From contig CM059432.1 in the NCBI GenBank assembly GCA_030390025.1, positions 109,866,001 through 109,930,000 of the forward strand: DNA of 64,000 nt, written 5' to 3'. A program made the position numbers and the translations under genes. The DNA comes from Squalus acanthias (taxonomy: Eukaryota). The notes under the pieces were generated by a model, which was given only the letters and a program-made list of their open reading frames with translations, was not told the DNA's origin and did no database searches. This document shows positions 13,406 to 27,178 of the stretch, piece after piece (within the stretch, counting starts at the first letter, position 1; each line of letters opens with the position of its first letter).

Positions 13406-13610
13406 TTAATTTGCTAGTAATGAAATTTGAGGTTTGTTTCTGTTGCTTATTATTCCCTAAACTCCACAAAACAGCATTTTAGATTTTTTTTTTTTTAATT
13501 CCGTTAAGGCCAACTATACATTTGCCTACAAATGTCACTCCAAAATCTAACTCACACTTTTGAAGGATTACAACAAAAGAATCTACATAAATAAGCATGT
13601 GAAGACTCAT

Positions 13611-15541
13611 TAAGAACATAAGAACCAGGAGCAGGAGTAGGCCAATTGGCCCCTCGAGCCTGCTCCGCCATTCAATAAGATCATGGTTGATCCAATCTTG
13701 GCCTCAACACCACTTTCCCGCTCTCTCCCCATACCGCTTGACTCCCTTGTAGTTCAAATGTCTGTCAATCTCTGGGGTAGAGAATTCCAAAGATTCACGA
13801 CCCTCAGGAGAACAAATTCCTCCTCATCTCCGTCTTAAATGGGCGATCCCTTATTCTGAAACTATGCCCCCTAGTTCTAGATACCCCCACTAGGGGGGGA
13901 ACATACTCTCAGCATCCACCCTGTCAAGCCCCCTCAGAATCTTACATGTTTCAGTAAGATCACCTCTCACTCTTCTAAACTCCAATGAGTATAGGCCCAA
14001 CCTGCTCAACCTTTCGTCATACGTCAACCCCTTCATCCCAGGAATCAACCTAGTGAACCTTCTCTGCACTGCCTCCATTGCAAGTATATCCTTCCTTAAA
14101 TATGGAGACCAAATCTGTACGCAGTACTCCAGGTGCGGTCTCACCAGCGCCCTGTAAAGTTGCATCAAAACTTCCCTACTTTTATACTCCATACCCCTTG
14201 CAATAAAGGCCAACATTCCATTAGCCTTCCTAATTACTTGCTGTACTTGCACGCTAACTTTGTGTTTAATGTACTAGGACCCCCAGATCCCTTTGTACCG
14301 CAGTATTTTGTAGTCTCACTCTATTTAAATAATAATTTGCTTTTTCATTCTTCCTTCCAAAGTGGATAACCTCACATTTTCCCACGTTATACTCCATCTG
14401 CCAAATTTTCGCCCACTCACTTAACTTATCTATATCCCCCTGCAGACTCCTCGTGTCCTCCTCACAATCTTTGTATCAGCAGCAAACTTGGCTACAGTAC
14501 ACTCGGTCCCCTTATCCAAGTCATTAATATAGATTGTAAATAGTTGAGGCCCCAGCACTGATCCCTGTGGCAACCCACTAGTTACTGATTACCAACTGGA
14601 AAATGACCCATTTATCCCAACTCTGTTTTCTGTTAGTTAGCCAATCCCCTATCCATGCCAATATATTACCCCCAAACCCGTGCGCTCTCATCTTGTGCAG
14701 TAACCTTTTATGTGGCACCTTATTGAATGCCTTCTGGAAATCCAAATACACTACATCTACTGGTTCCCCTTTAGCCACCCGGTTTGTTACATCCTCAAAG
14801 AACTCTAGCAACTTTTCCAAACACGACTTCCCTTTCATAAAACCATGTTGACTCTGCTTGATTGTCTTATGATTTTCTAAATGTCCTGCTATTACCTCCT
14901 TAATAATGGATTCCAGCATTTTCCCAATGACAGATGCTAGGCTAACTGGCCTATAGTTTCCTGCTTTCTGTCTCCCTCTTGTCTTGAATAGTGGCATTAC
15001 ATTTGCAGTTTTCCAATCCGCTGGGACCTCTCCAGAATTTAGGGAATTTTGGTAGATTACAACCAATGCATCCACTATCTCTGCAGCCACTTCTTTTAAG
15101 ACCCTAGGATGCAGGCCATCAGGTCCAGGGGACTTGTTGGCCTTTAGCCCCATTAGTTTGTCTGGTACATTTTCTCTAGTGATAGAGATTGTTTTAAGCT
15201 CCTCCCTCCCTATAGCCCCTTGATTATCTATTATTGGGATTTTTTAGTGTCTTCTACCATGAAGACCGATCCAAAATAATTGTTTAGAGTCTCTGCCATT
15301 TCTCTATTTCCCATTAATTCCCCAGTTTCATCCTCTAAGGGACCAACGTTTACTTTAGCTACTCTCTCCCTTTTTATATACTTGTAGAAGCTCTGTCTGT
15401 TTTTATATTATTTGCTAGTTTACTCTCATACTCTATCTTCTCCCTCTTTATAATTTTGTCATCCTTTGCTGGTTTCTAAAAAATTCCCAATCCTCTGGCC
15501 TACCACTAATTTTTGCAACATTGTATGCCTTGTCTTTCAAT
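13611..15541 (-). mobile_element. Decayed 5'-truncated CR1 LINE
   Basis: RT ORF pieces 14578..15153 and 13890..14252. Tail gttcttatgttctta at 13611-13625. Confidence 0.9.
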
Positions 15542-17564
15542 TAGCTTCAAATGAATGGATTTTTGGAACAGAAGTAATAAAAAGGAAAAAAAAAACTCAA
15601 GTTCAAGGAAGAAAACATGTTTAAGGGAAATAAACAAGACCCACAAGAAAAACTGACTCAGAACAGATTGCAGGACTGAGTACTGAGACTACATTGCACT
15701 ATGATAAGAGTTTAACACATGGGGTTTTTAAAATTCAGGGAGTTCACAAATTCAGCTTGTACAGGGGAAAACCATGCGTGCCAGTCAAGTGGGAAGGGAG
15801 GACAACCCAGTCTATTGCATTTCTGAGCAACCAGTTCAAGAGTGGCAGACAGCTGGGAACAGGTTGAGCACCTGCTGACTAGTGGCTGAAATGAATCATT
15901 GCACCTCTTCCAAAAAAAAAATTCCACTGTATATTTGACAACCTTTATGAACAGGTCAGTTATTTAGTCTAGATTGGGTCTCGTGAGAGCGCACAAGGCT
16001 GACAGTGAGAGCGCAACAGAAAAAATAGGGTGGCTTTTGAAACTAGTCAAGCACTGAACACAGTCTAACTGCAGCTCAACAACATGAAATGGAACAGGAA
16101 TCAGCTGTTTATACAAGGGGAAAAATGTATTTGCTCAGGATAGCATCATATGAACATTGGGGTAGGGATGTGTGTGTAACCAATCACATTAGTACAGTTT
16201 TATGAACTGCATTTCTATAAACTTAACAGGATATCCCAATTCAAATTTTTTTACACCTCCAAAACCTTTTCTAAACAAGCTGTTCAGTGATGCTCTTGGG
16301 TACCTGCAGCTCAAACTATACAAATTAGATCACACCAACCAGACAATATTGAAACCTATGTTTTGGAAACACATCCAAACAGACAGCCGTATATAAACTG
16401 TAGTGCAAGTGTTATTTTTTAATAGTTTACAAAAATGAAAATATAAAGCTTCAAAAGAAAATAATGCCTGCAAACAGAGCCAGAAGCCAGTAAGGTGCCT
16501 AACTCTCCCTATTTACAGAAGTCAATCCACACCTCAATATCTGTTATACAAATAGATCAGATTGCACAACTGGCCCTGCCAGAATTAAATGTAAAATGAT
16601 TGAACAACAGAAGCACAGAACATAATAGATTGTCATGACAAATAAATAGAAATATTGTAGCCATGGTGAATTAGAGATCAGTATATTGTGTGTAAGTTTC
16701 AAACTATATTTTCTTTCTCCCAAGATTATTTAGCATCTGGCCAATGACTGATGTGCACTCAATGCAAAGCTATAACTTATACTAGGTTGACTAGCACTGG
16801 GCTGAGGAGAGCTAGTCAGGAGGTCAGAAGCAGAGTCTGGAGGTGAGGTAAGGACATCAACTCTGTCTTATGGAGGAGCATTCTAATGAGAGCTGGAGTG
16901 GAGATAAGGAAGAAACTAAGTATTGTATTGTACGGTTGAAACAGTGATGGTGGTGATCTAGGGTGACCAGGAAGGAAGAGGGGCTGGAGGAGGCCGCGGA
17001 AGCCAACCAGATCACCTCAGCTTGCAGTTGGCATGAGATGAAAGGATGGAGGGTGCAGAGTAGGAGGCTCAAAGAAAGCAGTTGATAGAGAGGAAAAAAA
17101 GTCTTTGAAATTTCCACTGCTTTCCAGGAGTAACAGGATGATTTGGCTGTAGATGGGGAAGGCAGTACATATTCAGATGGTCGAGCCAGATTTGGCAGTG
17201 GACAACCAGGCCAGAAGTGTGCACTTGAGCCTGCGGCCCAAGGTTGAGGATGTGAAGGTGGATAGTAATTGAGGAGCAGGAATGGCAAACTATTAGGAAT
17301 CTTGTGGGCACAAATGTGAAACAGAAACAAGGGAATTGTTGAGTAAGTTGACAGAGGCAGTGTCATTCTGGCAGATAGTGGGCCAGACGAGAGGCAGTTG
17401 GAAAGTGAGCTGGAAAGGAAGTTAAGAGGTAGCTTTTATTCCAGGGACAGAGTAATGATAAAAAGATTGGGGGTGAAAAAGAAATATATGGATGCCAGGA
17501 GAAATGTTTAAAAATTGCCTCAGTATATTTTGGGGACAGCAAGGCCTTGTGTGATAGTAAGATT

Positions 17565-18460
17565 TTTTTTAATTAATTCACTGGAAGCGGGCGTTGCTGG
17601 CAAAGCCAACATTTATTGCCTATCCCCAATTGCCCTCGAGAAGGTGGTGGTAAGCTGCCTTCTTGAACTGCTGTAGTCCTTGTGGTGAAGGTATTCCCAC
17701 AGTGCTGCTAAGTAGAGAGTTACAGGATTTTGACCCAGCGACAATGAAGGAATGGCGATAGATATCCAAGTCAGGATGGTGTGCGACTTGGAGGGGAGCT
17801 TGAAGGTGGTGGTGTTCCCATGTGCTTGCTACCGTTGTCCTTCTAGGTGGTAGAGGTCGTGGATTTGGGAGGTGCGGTTGAAGTTATGGAGAGTTTCTGC
17901 AGTACATCTTGTAGATGGTACACACTGCAGCCACAGTGCGCCGGTGGTGGAGGGAGTAAATGTTTAAGGTGGTGGATGGGGTGTCAATCAAGCGGGCTGC
18001 TTTGTCCTGGATGGTGCAGAGATTCTTGAATGTTGATGGAGCTGCATTCAACCAGGCAAGTGGAGAGTATTCCATCACACTCCTGACTTGTGCCTTGTAA
18101 GTGGTCGATGCGCTTTGGGGAGTCAGGTGGCAAGACACTCGCCGCAGAATATCTAGCCTCTGACCTGCTCTTGTTGCCAGTCCAGTTAAGTTTCTGGTCA
18201 ATGGGGACCCCCAGGATGTTGATGGTGGGGGATTTTGCGATGGTAATGCCATTGAATGTCATGGGGAGGTGGTTAGACTTTCTCTTGTTGTAGATGGTCA
18301 TTGCCTGGCACTTAAGTGGCAAGTAACATTCGCACCACACATCAGCCCAAGCCTGAATGTTGTCCAGGTCTTGCTGCATGCAGACATGGACTACTTCATT
18401 ATCTGAGTTGCGGCGAATGGAACTGAACACTGCAATCATCAGCAAACATCCCCACTTGAG
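17565..18460 (-). mobile_element. 3' fragment of single-ORF CR1-superfamily LINE
   Basis: QQDLDNIQAWAD, VRSVMEYSPLAW, SLHHRRTVAAVCTIYKM. Same tail as 56640-56745. Confidence 0.85.
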
Positions 18461-19299
18461 GGGATGTTCATCAGTGGTATGGATTATGTGCAGGGAAAGA
18501 TCGAGTAAGGACAAAAGTGTCAAGAAGTCCTAAGAGGATGCAGCAGGAATTCACATGGAGAGGGAGGAAAGTAGTGCCTTCTTCCAGGGATGGAAGTTGT
18601 TAATTGAGGGGCTGTGGTTGGAAAAGGGGAGGGGGGTAAAGTGAAAAAAAAAAATCAGCAAGTGACCTATCCTAATCAGTGACGCAGACCTCGGAGATGT
18701 CGGAGGGTGCACAGTGCAAGGATCAAGCGAGGAAAATAGGGAGATTTTTGGCAGGAATGTCACTGTGGGCATGATGTAATGGGCAGCTCGAAAGAAAGGT
18801 GTTGAGATAGTAAAAAGCAAGATGTTTAGAGGAACAAGGGGCAGGTCAAGTTGGGACACACCACAGTTTGGGCAGAGCAGCATCAATGATGGTAAAGGGA
18901 TCACCAATGAACCCCAAGGTCATAGATGGGGGCAATTTACTTGCAAAGGAGTGGACATTTTATAAAGGTAATCACAGTTGACCAGTAATGGCATCTCACT
19001 GAAGGGGGCTGGGGGGAGGAGACAGGTGAAGTATAGGAAAGATTGTGGAGATGCCTAGGAGTAGTTTACACCTGTAGAGTGGGGTGCGCCAGAAGAGGGG
19101 GAATGAAGCAGTTGCTATTACTAAGTTGGGCCAACGAGTGATAGATGCTGCAATAGGCTGGAGCAGATGGAAGCCATAGGCACATATAGAAAGAACTAAA
19201 GACTAAAGACTAAGTTGGCAACAAAGTGTCTTATAACAACATAGTAGCTGGACAGTGGCAATGAACGAATGGGTTGGGATTGGACATGAGACTTCAAAC

Positions 19300-19685
19300 A
19301 GCAGTTTGAAAATTAGAATTCAGTTTTGAAAAATCTGGAAATAGAAGTGGATCAGTAAGTGACCATGAAGCTGTTGGACTGTCACAAAAACCCAACTGGT
19401 TAACCAATATCCTTTAGGAAAGGAAACCTGCCATCCTTACGCGGTTTGCTCCAGTCCCAAACCAACGTGGTTGATTCTTAACTGCCCTCTTAGGTGACCT
19501 AGCAAGCTACTCAGTTATATCAAACCACTGCCAAGAACAGTAGTACTGGAAGCACCTTCACCCAATGTGGTTCCTGTTGTGCTTGGCAGCAGTTTGCAGC
19601 GCTCAAAGTGGCTCACCAACACCTTCTCAGGGCAATGAGGACTGGGCAATAAATACACCCCCATCCCAAGAATGATTAAGAAATT
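19300..19685 (+). mobile_element. SINE-like short derivative: conserved core + LINE tail
   Basis: gtgaccatgaa...aaaacccaactggtt...tcctttaggaaaggaaacctgccatccttac...cttaactgccctc matches 63292-63430, followed by a ggctcacc...gggcaataaat tail. Confidence 0.7.
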
Positions 19686-20147
19686 AGAGTAGAGTGGAGC
19701 AGGAGTCTGAGCAATATATAAATACACATTTTGTAGATAACACATAATCCCAATCATTTAATTATTCTGATGCAATCGCTCCACAATATGAAGTTTGCAA
19801 ACACATTACAATGTGTCATCTTCATTGCAATTCCTTCTAGAACACCACAGATGGGGCAGCCAGATTAAACAATACATCAATTCCTCTAACCTGGAATAGG
19901 ATTACAGAAGAACAATCAGGTGTATGTGAACCTGCGTAATAAAAGGTTTAAATTTTCTGACTGCTGGACTATTTTAAATGTTTCCTGGTTCTATTAATGA
20001 AATACAGCCTCATTCATTTATTTCAGGATATGGATTCCCAGAGGAGACAAATCTGCAAAAACCTTAAAGTTATGTGAATGGTACAATTTATTAAGAATTC
20101 AAATTATCCTGTTTAGAGAAAACATAGCACATGACAAATATTCTTAC

Positions 20148-20261
20148 CTCATCATACATGAATTGCAGCGTTAAGGCAGATTTCCCCACACCACCACTAC
20201 CAACCATAATCACTTTGTGGAGAGCCAAGGAATTCTGGCCTTTGGTCTTGTTTGCTGCCAT
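20148..20261 (-). CDS. RALA: RalA GTPase, coding exon 1 (114 nt coding; exon probably extends to acceptor at 20318)
   Basis: aaaATGG start; [38 protein letters not shown] (P-loop); donor GAG|gtaaga; upstream acceptor ttcttgttttag at 20319-20330. Exon sum 114+209+175+123 = 621 nt = 206 aa + stop, and phases join correctly. Confidence 0.97.
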
Positions 20262-22392
20262 TTTATGAATGGAGACGGATCACCAAAATGTGAAACTTGG
20301 TAGATAGCAATTTTCCACCTAAAACAAGAATCAAGAACAAACTTAGAACACAGTGGGCATATTCTGAACTGGAAGCCAATGTCATAGAACACTGCACTAC
20401 CATTGATCTGAGAACAAGTACAGCAACTTCACATATACTGAAAAACTTTCCCAGGACACAGACAGTGCAGAGATGAGGTACGAGACTGACTTTTAATGTC
20501 AGAAGGCAGTAATGAGGAAAGCCTTGAGAAAATTGGTTTTTTTCCAGCCTTGGAGTGGCAACCAGGAGGGGCGGAAATGGAAGGAAGAGACAGAAGATAG
20601 TAACAAAAAGCAAAGTACTGTAGATGCTACAAATATGAAATAAAACAGGCAATGCTCGGCAAGTCAGGCAACATCTGTCGAGAGGAAGCTAGGGTTAACA
20701 TCTTCAGGTCGATGAATGTTGGTCAGAAAATAGTAAACAAAGGCCAGAACATTACTTCAAATGAAATCAGGAGTTTCAAATTACTGCAAGGCAAATTTAG
20801 GACTTATCAAAACATTCTTCACTCAAGAGTAATAATGAAGATTGAAAGGCCGTTCAGGTAAAGTAATGGAGAAAAAAATCCTTGGAATAATTTAACAACT
20901 GGAAGCTGGGGAGGGGAAAAAAAAGAGAACTGCATGCTCATTCTGGATGGGTGACCTGGATGGGCAAATGGCCTTCCTCTTCCATATCTATTTTTCAATC
21001 TTATGACTACACTCAACTCAAAGCCATCTCAGGAAAGGAATGTCAAGAATAAGCACAATTAGCCAAATCCATTCCAGAGAACATGGGAACCCTTTCCTGC
21101 CACATGAACCTTTTTGTGCTTACATTTCAACATCCATGACAAAGCAGTATTTTTGGATAGAATCTACAGGATCATGTATAAACACGCAACTGTGGATAGT
21201 TTGCAAAGATCCAGGCCGAGGTGGCGAATGAAATTGCAGATTAAAATTCAGGTAACATTTCATAAAAATATGTAGCAAGAAATATTCATTCCACACACCC
21301 ACCTCATTTTGCTCTAGAATTGCTTTTTATGATTCCCATTTCTCTATTTCCTTTGTACCCAACCTTCCACTAGTTCCTCCAGTCTTGAGGATTATACTGA
21401 ACAAAAGTGGCTCTTGATTCTGTACATGCAATAAAACTAAAACATGGAAGTGCTATAAAAAGAGTCAAAGTAGAAATACAAAGAAAACAAGAATTTTATG
21501 TAATCAGGGAAATCATCCCACAGCGTAACAGCCCTCCTGCCCACATACCTGAGGTAGCGTTACACTCAGCTTCAAGTTATTCGATGCTGCTCCAATGAAA
21601 ACAGCTGTTGCACAATAGATTGAGAAAAACAAATAGGTGAAGAACACTACGTGGGTTAGAATTCAACCCAAACCAAACTACATTGTTCAGCAGCTCATTT
21701 GATTGCAAAGCCTTCCACTAAAACAATTGTGCGGCCACACAACTAAGTAGGGCCCAAGCTGGAATTAAGACAGCATCTGCTTGAATAAAAATTTAATGAG
21801 GACTTGTGGCAAGTACAATAGAGGTTAGATACAGTGGTTCAATACAAACAGCAGCCACCAACTGCACAAGTATGACAGCTTTGCTGCACAATATTTTACT
21901 CAGCCCTCGAGGAGATTGCCTAATTGATTTGATTCGAGTCTGTCAAAACTATGGAACTAAATTCAGTCAAGATCGAAAGCAAAAACAACTTTTAGTCCAC
22001 TTGTCTGGACTGAATTCCAACTCACATCATGTTCACTATAAATAGACTGTGCAACTGCAGCTTTTCATTGGAGCAGCAACAAGTGAAACATCTTTTAATT
22101 TGCTGTAAATGTCATGCTTTCATCAGATGCAGTACATTCTATTCTATTTGTGTCTGTTGACAGGTCTCCTGTTTTACATCAAATGCCCTATTCAGCATTT
22201 CAGCTCTTGCAGTCAATAAAATACAACTTAGTTTTGAAAGTGGAAAGTAAACTATTGTTTCACAGTCCTAACCCAATGTTATCAGTCACCAGTGAACTGG
22301 AAAAAGTATGACGTTGATTTAAAAAAAGTTTAACATAATTGGCAAAATAACCAGAGGGGAAATAGAGAATTATTTTTATCTAGCTATTTGGG

Positions 22393-24475
22393 AGCAGTAG
22401 CATAGTGGTTATGTCACTGGACTAGTAATCCTGAGACGCAAGTTCAAATCCCACCACGGCAGCTGGGGAATTTTCGTGTCCATCACCAAGAGTGGCTCGG
22501 TAGCACCAATCCTGACTGAGCTGGCCGAGTCCTGAAGGACGTAGCTGCCAGACAGGGCCTGCGGCAGGTGGTGAGAACACCAACACGAGGGGGAAAAACT
22601 TACTTGACCTCGTCTTCACCAATCTACTTGTCGCAGATGCATCTGTCCATGACAGCATTGGTAGCAGTGACCACCACACAGACCTTGGAGACGAAGTCCT
22701 GTCTTCACACGGAGGACAAAAATGTGTGGGTTAGGTTGATTTGGCTATGATAAATTGACCCTTAGTGTTAGGGGGGATTAAATATGTGTGGTTATGGGGA
22801 TAGGATGGGATATGTTAGGGGGGAATTAAATACGTGGGGTTACGGGGGTAGGGTGGGATATGTGTACTGTGGGGATTAAAGCAGTGACAGGGTACTGGAT
22901 TTGGATGATCAGCCATGATCGTATTGAATGGCGGAGCAGGCTCGACGGGCCGAATGGCCTACTCCTGCTCCTAGATTCTATGTTTCTATGTTTCTATGAC
23001 ACCCTCCATCGTGTTATGTGGCACTACCACCGTGTTAAATGGGGTAGATTCAGAACAGATCCAACAGCTCACAACTGGGCATCCATGAGGCACTATGGGC
23101 CATCAGCAGCAGAATTGTATTCCACCACAATCTGTAACCTCATGACTCGGCATATCCCTTACTACCATTACCGTCAAGCCAGGGGACCAACCCTGGTTCA
23201 ATTAATGCAGAAGAGCATGCCAGGAGCAGCACCAGGTGTACCTAAAAATGAGGTGCCAACCTGGGGAAGCTGCAACACAGGACTAAGCAGCATGCTATAG
23301 ACAGAGCTAAGCGATCCCACAATCAACAGATCAGATCAAAGCTCTGCAGTCCTACCACATCCAGTTGTGAATGGTGGACAATTAAACTAACTGGAGGAGG
23401 AGGCTCTATAAATATCCCCAACTTCAATGATGGCAGAGCCCAGCAAGCGAGTGCAAAAGACAAGGCTGAAGCGTTTGCAACCATCTTCAGCCAGAGTGAC
23501 TGTCAAATGCTGCCTTGATGTCAAGGACAGAGTGTGGCATCAAGAAGCCCTAGTAAAATTGAAGTCAATGGGAATCGGGGAAAACTCTCCACTGGCTGGA
23601 GTCATACCTAACACAAAGGAAGATGGTTGTGGTTGTTGGAGGCCAATCATCTCAGTCCCAGACATCGCTGCAGGAATTCCTCAGGGCAGTGTCCCAGGCC
23701 CGACCATCTACAGCTGCTTCATCAGTGACCTTCCCTCCATCATAAGGTCAGAACTGGGGATGTTCACCAATTGCAGTGTTCAGTTCCATTTGCAACTCGT
23801 CAGATAATGAAGCAGTCCATGCCCGCATGCAGCAAGACCTGGACAACATTCAGGCTTGGGCTGATGTGGCGCAAATGTAGTGCCAGGCAATGACCATCTC
23901 CAACAAGCGAGTCTAACCACCGCCCCATGACATTCAATGATATTACCATCCCCGAATCCCCCACCATCAACATCCTGGGGGGTCATCATTGACCAGAAAC
24001 TTAACTGGACCAGCCACATAAATACTGTGGCAACAAGAGCTGGTCAGAGGTTGGGTATTCTGCAGCGAGTGTCATACCATCTGACTCCCCAAAGCCTTTC
24101 CACCATCTGCATGGCACAAGTCATGGAATACTCTCCACTTGCCTGGATGAGTGCAGCTCCAACAACACTCAAGCAGCTCGACATCATCCAGGACAAAGCT
24201 GTCTGCTTTATTGGCACCCCATCCACCACCTTAAACATTCACTCCCTCCACCAGCAGCACACCGTCGCTGCAGTGTGCACCATCTACAAGATGCACTGCA
24301 GAAACTCACCAAAGCTTCTTTGGCAGCACCTCGACCACCTAGAGGGACAAGGGCAGCAGGCACATGGGAACACCATCACCTGCAAGTTCCCCTCCAAGTT
24401 ACACACCATGTTGACTTGGAAATATATCGCCGTTCCTTCATTGTCGCTGGGTCAAAAATCCTGGAACTCCCATCC
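22393..24475 (+). mobile_element. Internally deleted tRNA-headed single-ORF LINE copy
   Basis: Head tagcatagtggttatg...gttcaaatccc (A/B-box-like) joined to EN and RT fragments (GIPQGSVPGPTI; ORF 23937..24542). Confidence 0.8.
22719..22997 (+). mobile_element. 5'-truncated HE1-like shark SINE nested in LINE
   Basis: gggttaggttgatttggctatgataaattgacccttagtgt body, ~47-bp tandem duplication (22768-22862), CR1-type tail (ttctatg)n, possible GACA TSD. Flanks rejoin as in the copy at 62215-62240. Confidence 0.7.
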
Positions 24476-24482
24476 AGGACTC

Positions 24483-27178
24483 CTGGAAAGGCTTTGGGGA
24501 GTCAGGTGGAGAGTCACTTGCCACAGAATACCCAGCCTCTGACCTGCTCTTGTAGCCAAAGTATTAATGTGGCTGGTCCAGTTAAGTTTCTGGTCAATGG
24601 TGACCCCCAGGATATTGATGGTGGGGGATTCGGCAATGGTAATGCCATTGAATGTCAAGGGGCGGTGGTTAGACGCTTGCTTGTTGGAGATGGTCATTGC
24701 CTGGCATTTGTGTGGCTCAAATGTTACCCGCCACTTATCAGCCAAAGCCTGAATGTCATCCAGGTCTTGCTGCATGCGGGCATGGGCTGATTCATTTTCT
24801 GAGGCATTGCGAATGGCACTGAACACTGCAGTCATCAGCAAACATCCCCACTTCTGACCTGATGGAGGGAAGGTCATTGATGAAGCAGCTGAAGATGGTT
24901 GGGCCTAGGACACTGCCCTGAGGAACTCCTGCAGCGATGACCTGGAGCGGTGATGATTGACCTCCAACCACCACATCCATCTTCCTTTGCGCTAGGTATG
25001 ACTCCAGCCAGTGGAGAGTTTTCCCAGATTCCCATTGACTTCAATTTTATTGGGCTTCTTGATGCCACACTCGGTCGAATGCTGCCTTGATGTCAAGGAC
25101 AGTCACTTTCAGCTCACCTCTGGAATTCAGCTCTTTTCTCCATGTTTGGACCACGGCTGTAATGAGGTCTGGAGCCGAGTGATCCTGGCGGAACCCAAAC
25201 TGGGCATCAGTGAGCAGGTTATTGGTGAGTAAGTGCTGCTTGATAGCACTGTCGACGACACCTTCCATCATTTTGCTGATGCTTGAGAGTAGACTGATGG
25301 GGCGGTAATTGGCTGGATTGGATTTGTCCTGCTTTTTGTGGACAGGGCATACCTGGGCAGTTTTCCACATTGTCAGATAGATGCCAGTGTTATAGCTCTA
25401 CTGGAACAGCTTGGCTAGAGGCGCGGCTAGTTCTGGAGCACAAGTCTTCAGCATGACAGCCGGGATGTTGTCGGGGCCCATAGCCTTTGCTGTACCTAGT
25501 GCGCTCAGCCGTTTCATCATCATGTGGAGTGAATCGAACTGGCTGAAGACTGGCTTCTGTGGGGACCTCAGGAGGTGGCCGATATGGATCACCCTCTCGG
25601 CACTACTGGCTGAAGATGGTTGCAAACGCTTCAGCTTTGTCTTTTGTACTCATGTGCTGGGCTCCACCATCATAGAGGTTGGGGATATTCATGGAGCCTC
25701 CTCCTCCCGTTAGTTGTTTAATGGTCCACCACCATTCACAACTGGATACGGCAGGACTGCAGAGCTTTGATCTGATCCGTTGATTGTGGGATCGCTTAGT
25801 TCTGTCCATAGCATGCTGCTTCCACTTTTAAAGCATGCATGTAGTCCTATGTTGCAGCTTTCCCAGGTTGGCATTACATTTTTAGGTACTCCTGGTGCTG
25901 CTCCTGGCACGCTCTTCTGCACTCCTCATTGAACCAGGGTTGGTCCCCTGGCTTGATAGTAATGGTAGAGAGGGCTATGCCAGGCCATGAGGTTACAGAT
26001 TGTGGTGGAATACAATTCTGCTGATGGCCCACAGAGCCTCCTGGATGCGCAGGTTTGAGCTGCTAGATCTGTTCTCAAATTATCCCAATTAGCACGGCGG
26101 TAGTGCCACACAGCACGATGGTGTCCTCAGTGTGAAGACAGGACTTCGTCTCCACTATGACTGTGGTGGTCACTGCTACCAATGCTGTCATGGACAGATG
26201 CATCTGCAACAGGTAGATTGGTGAGGGCGAGGTCAAGTAGTTTTTTTCCCCTCGTGTTGGTTCTCTCACCACCTGTCACAGGCCCAGACTGGCAGTTACG
26301 TCCTTCAGGACTCAGCCAGCTCAATCAGTAGTGGTGCTACCAAGCCACTCTTGATGATGAACATTGAAGTCCCCCACACAGAGTACATTCTGTGCTCTTG
26401 CTACTCTCAGTGCTTCTTCCAAGTGGTGTTTAACATGGAGGAGTACAGATTCATCAGCTGAGGGAGGGCGGTGGTAATCAGCAGGAGGTTTCCTTGCCTA
26501 TGCTTGACCTGAAGCCATGAAACGTTATCGGGTCCGGAGTCCACGTTGACTCCTCCCAGGGCCACTCCTTCCCGACTGTATACCACTGTGCCACCACCCC
26601 TGGTGGGTCTGTCCTGCCGGTGGGACAGGACATTCCCATGAATGGTGATGGAGGAGTTTGGGATATTGGCTGAAAGGTATGATTCTGTGAGCATGACTGT
26701 CAGGCTGTTGCTTGAGTAGTCTGTGGGACAGCTTTTCCAATTTTGGCACAAGTCCCCAGATGTTGGCGAGGAGGACTTTGCCGGGTGCGCCATTGTTGTA
26801 GCCGGTGCCGAGGTTGATTCCGGGTGGTCCATCCGGTTTTATTCTTGTTTTTCATAGTGGTTTTTTACAACTGAGTGACTTGCTAGACCATTTCAGAGGG
26901 CAGTTAAGAGTCAACCACATTGCTGTGGGTTTTGAGTCAGAGGCCAGACCAGGTAAGGACAGCAGATTTCCTTCCCTAAAAAGGACATTGGTGAAGCAGA
27001 TGGGTTTTTACAACAATCCGATAGTTTCATGGTCACAATTACTGATACTGGCTTTTTATTCCAGATTTATTTAAAATAAAAATCCCCAGCTGCCGTGGTG
27101 GGATTTGAACTCACATTTCTGGATCACTAGTCCAGGCCTCTGGATTATTTGTCCAGTAACAAAACCACTATGCCACCC
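24483..27178 (-). mobile_element. Near full-length tRNA-headed single-ORF LINE (APE+RT), decayed
   Basis: Head 27085-27178, core 26870-27050, EN fragments (LTESYL, DRPTRGGGTVVY, SSDH) and RT fragments ([38 protein letters not shown]). Confidence 0.88.
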
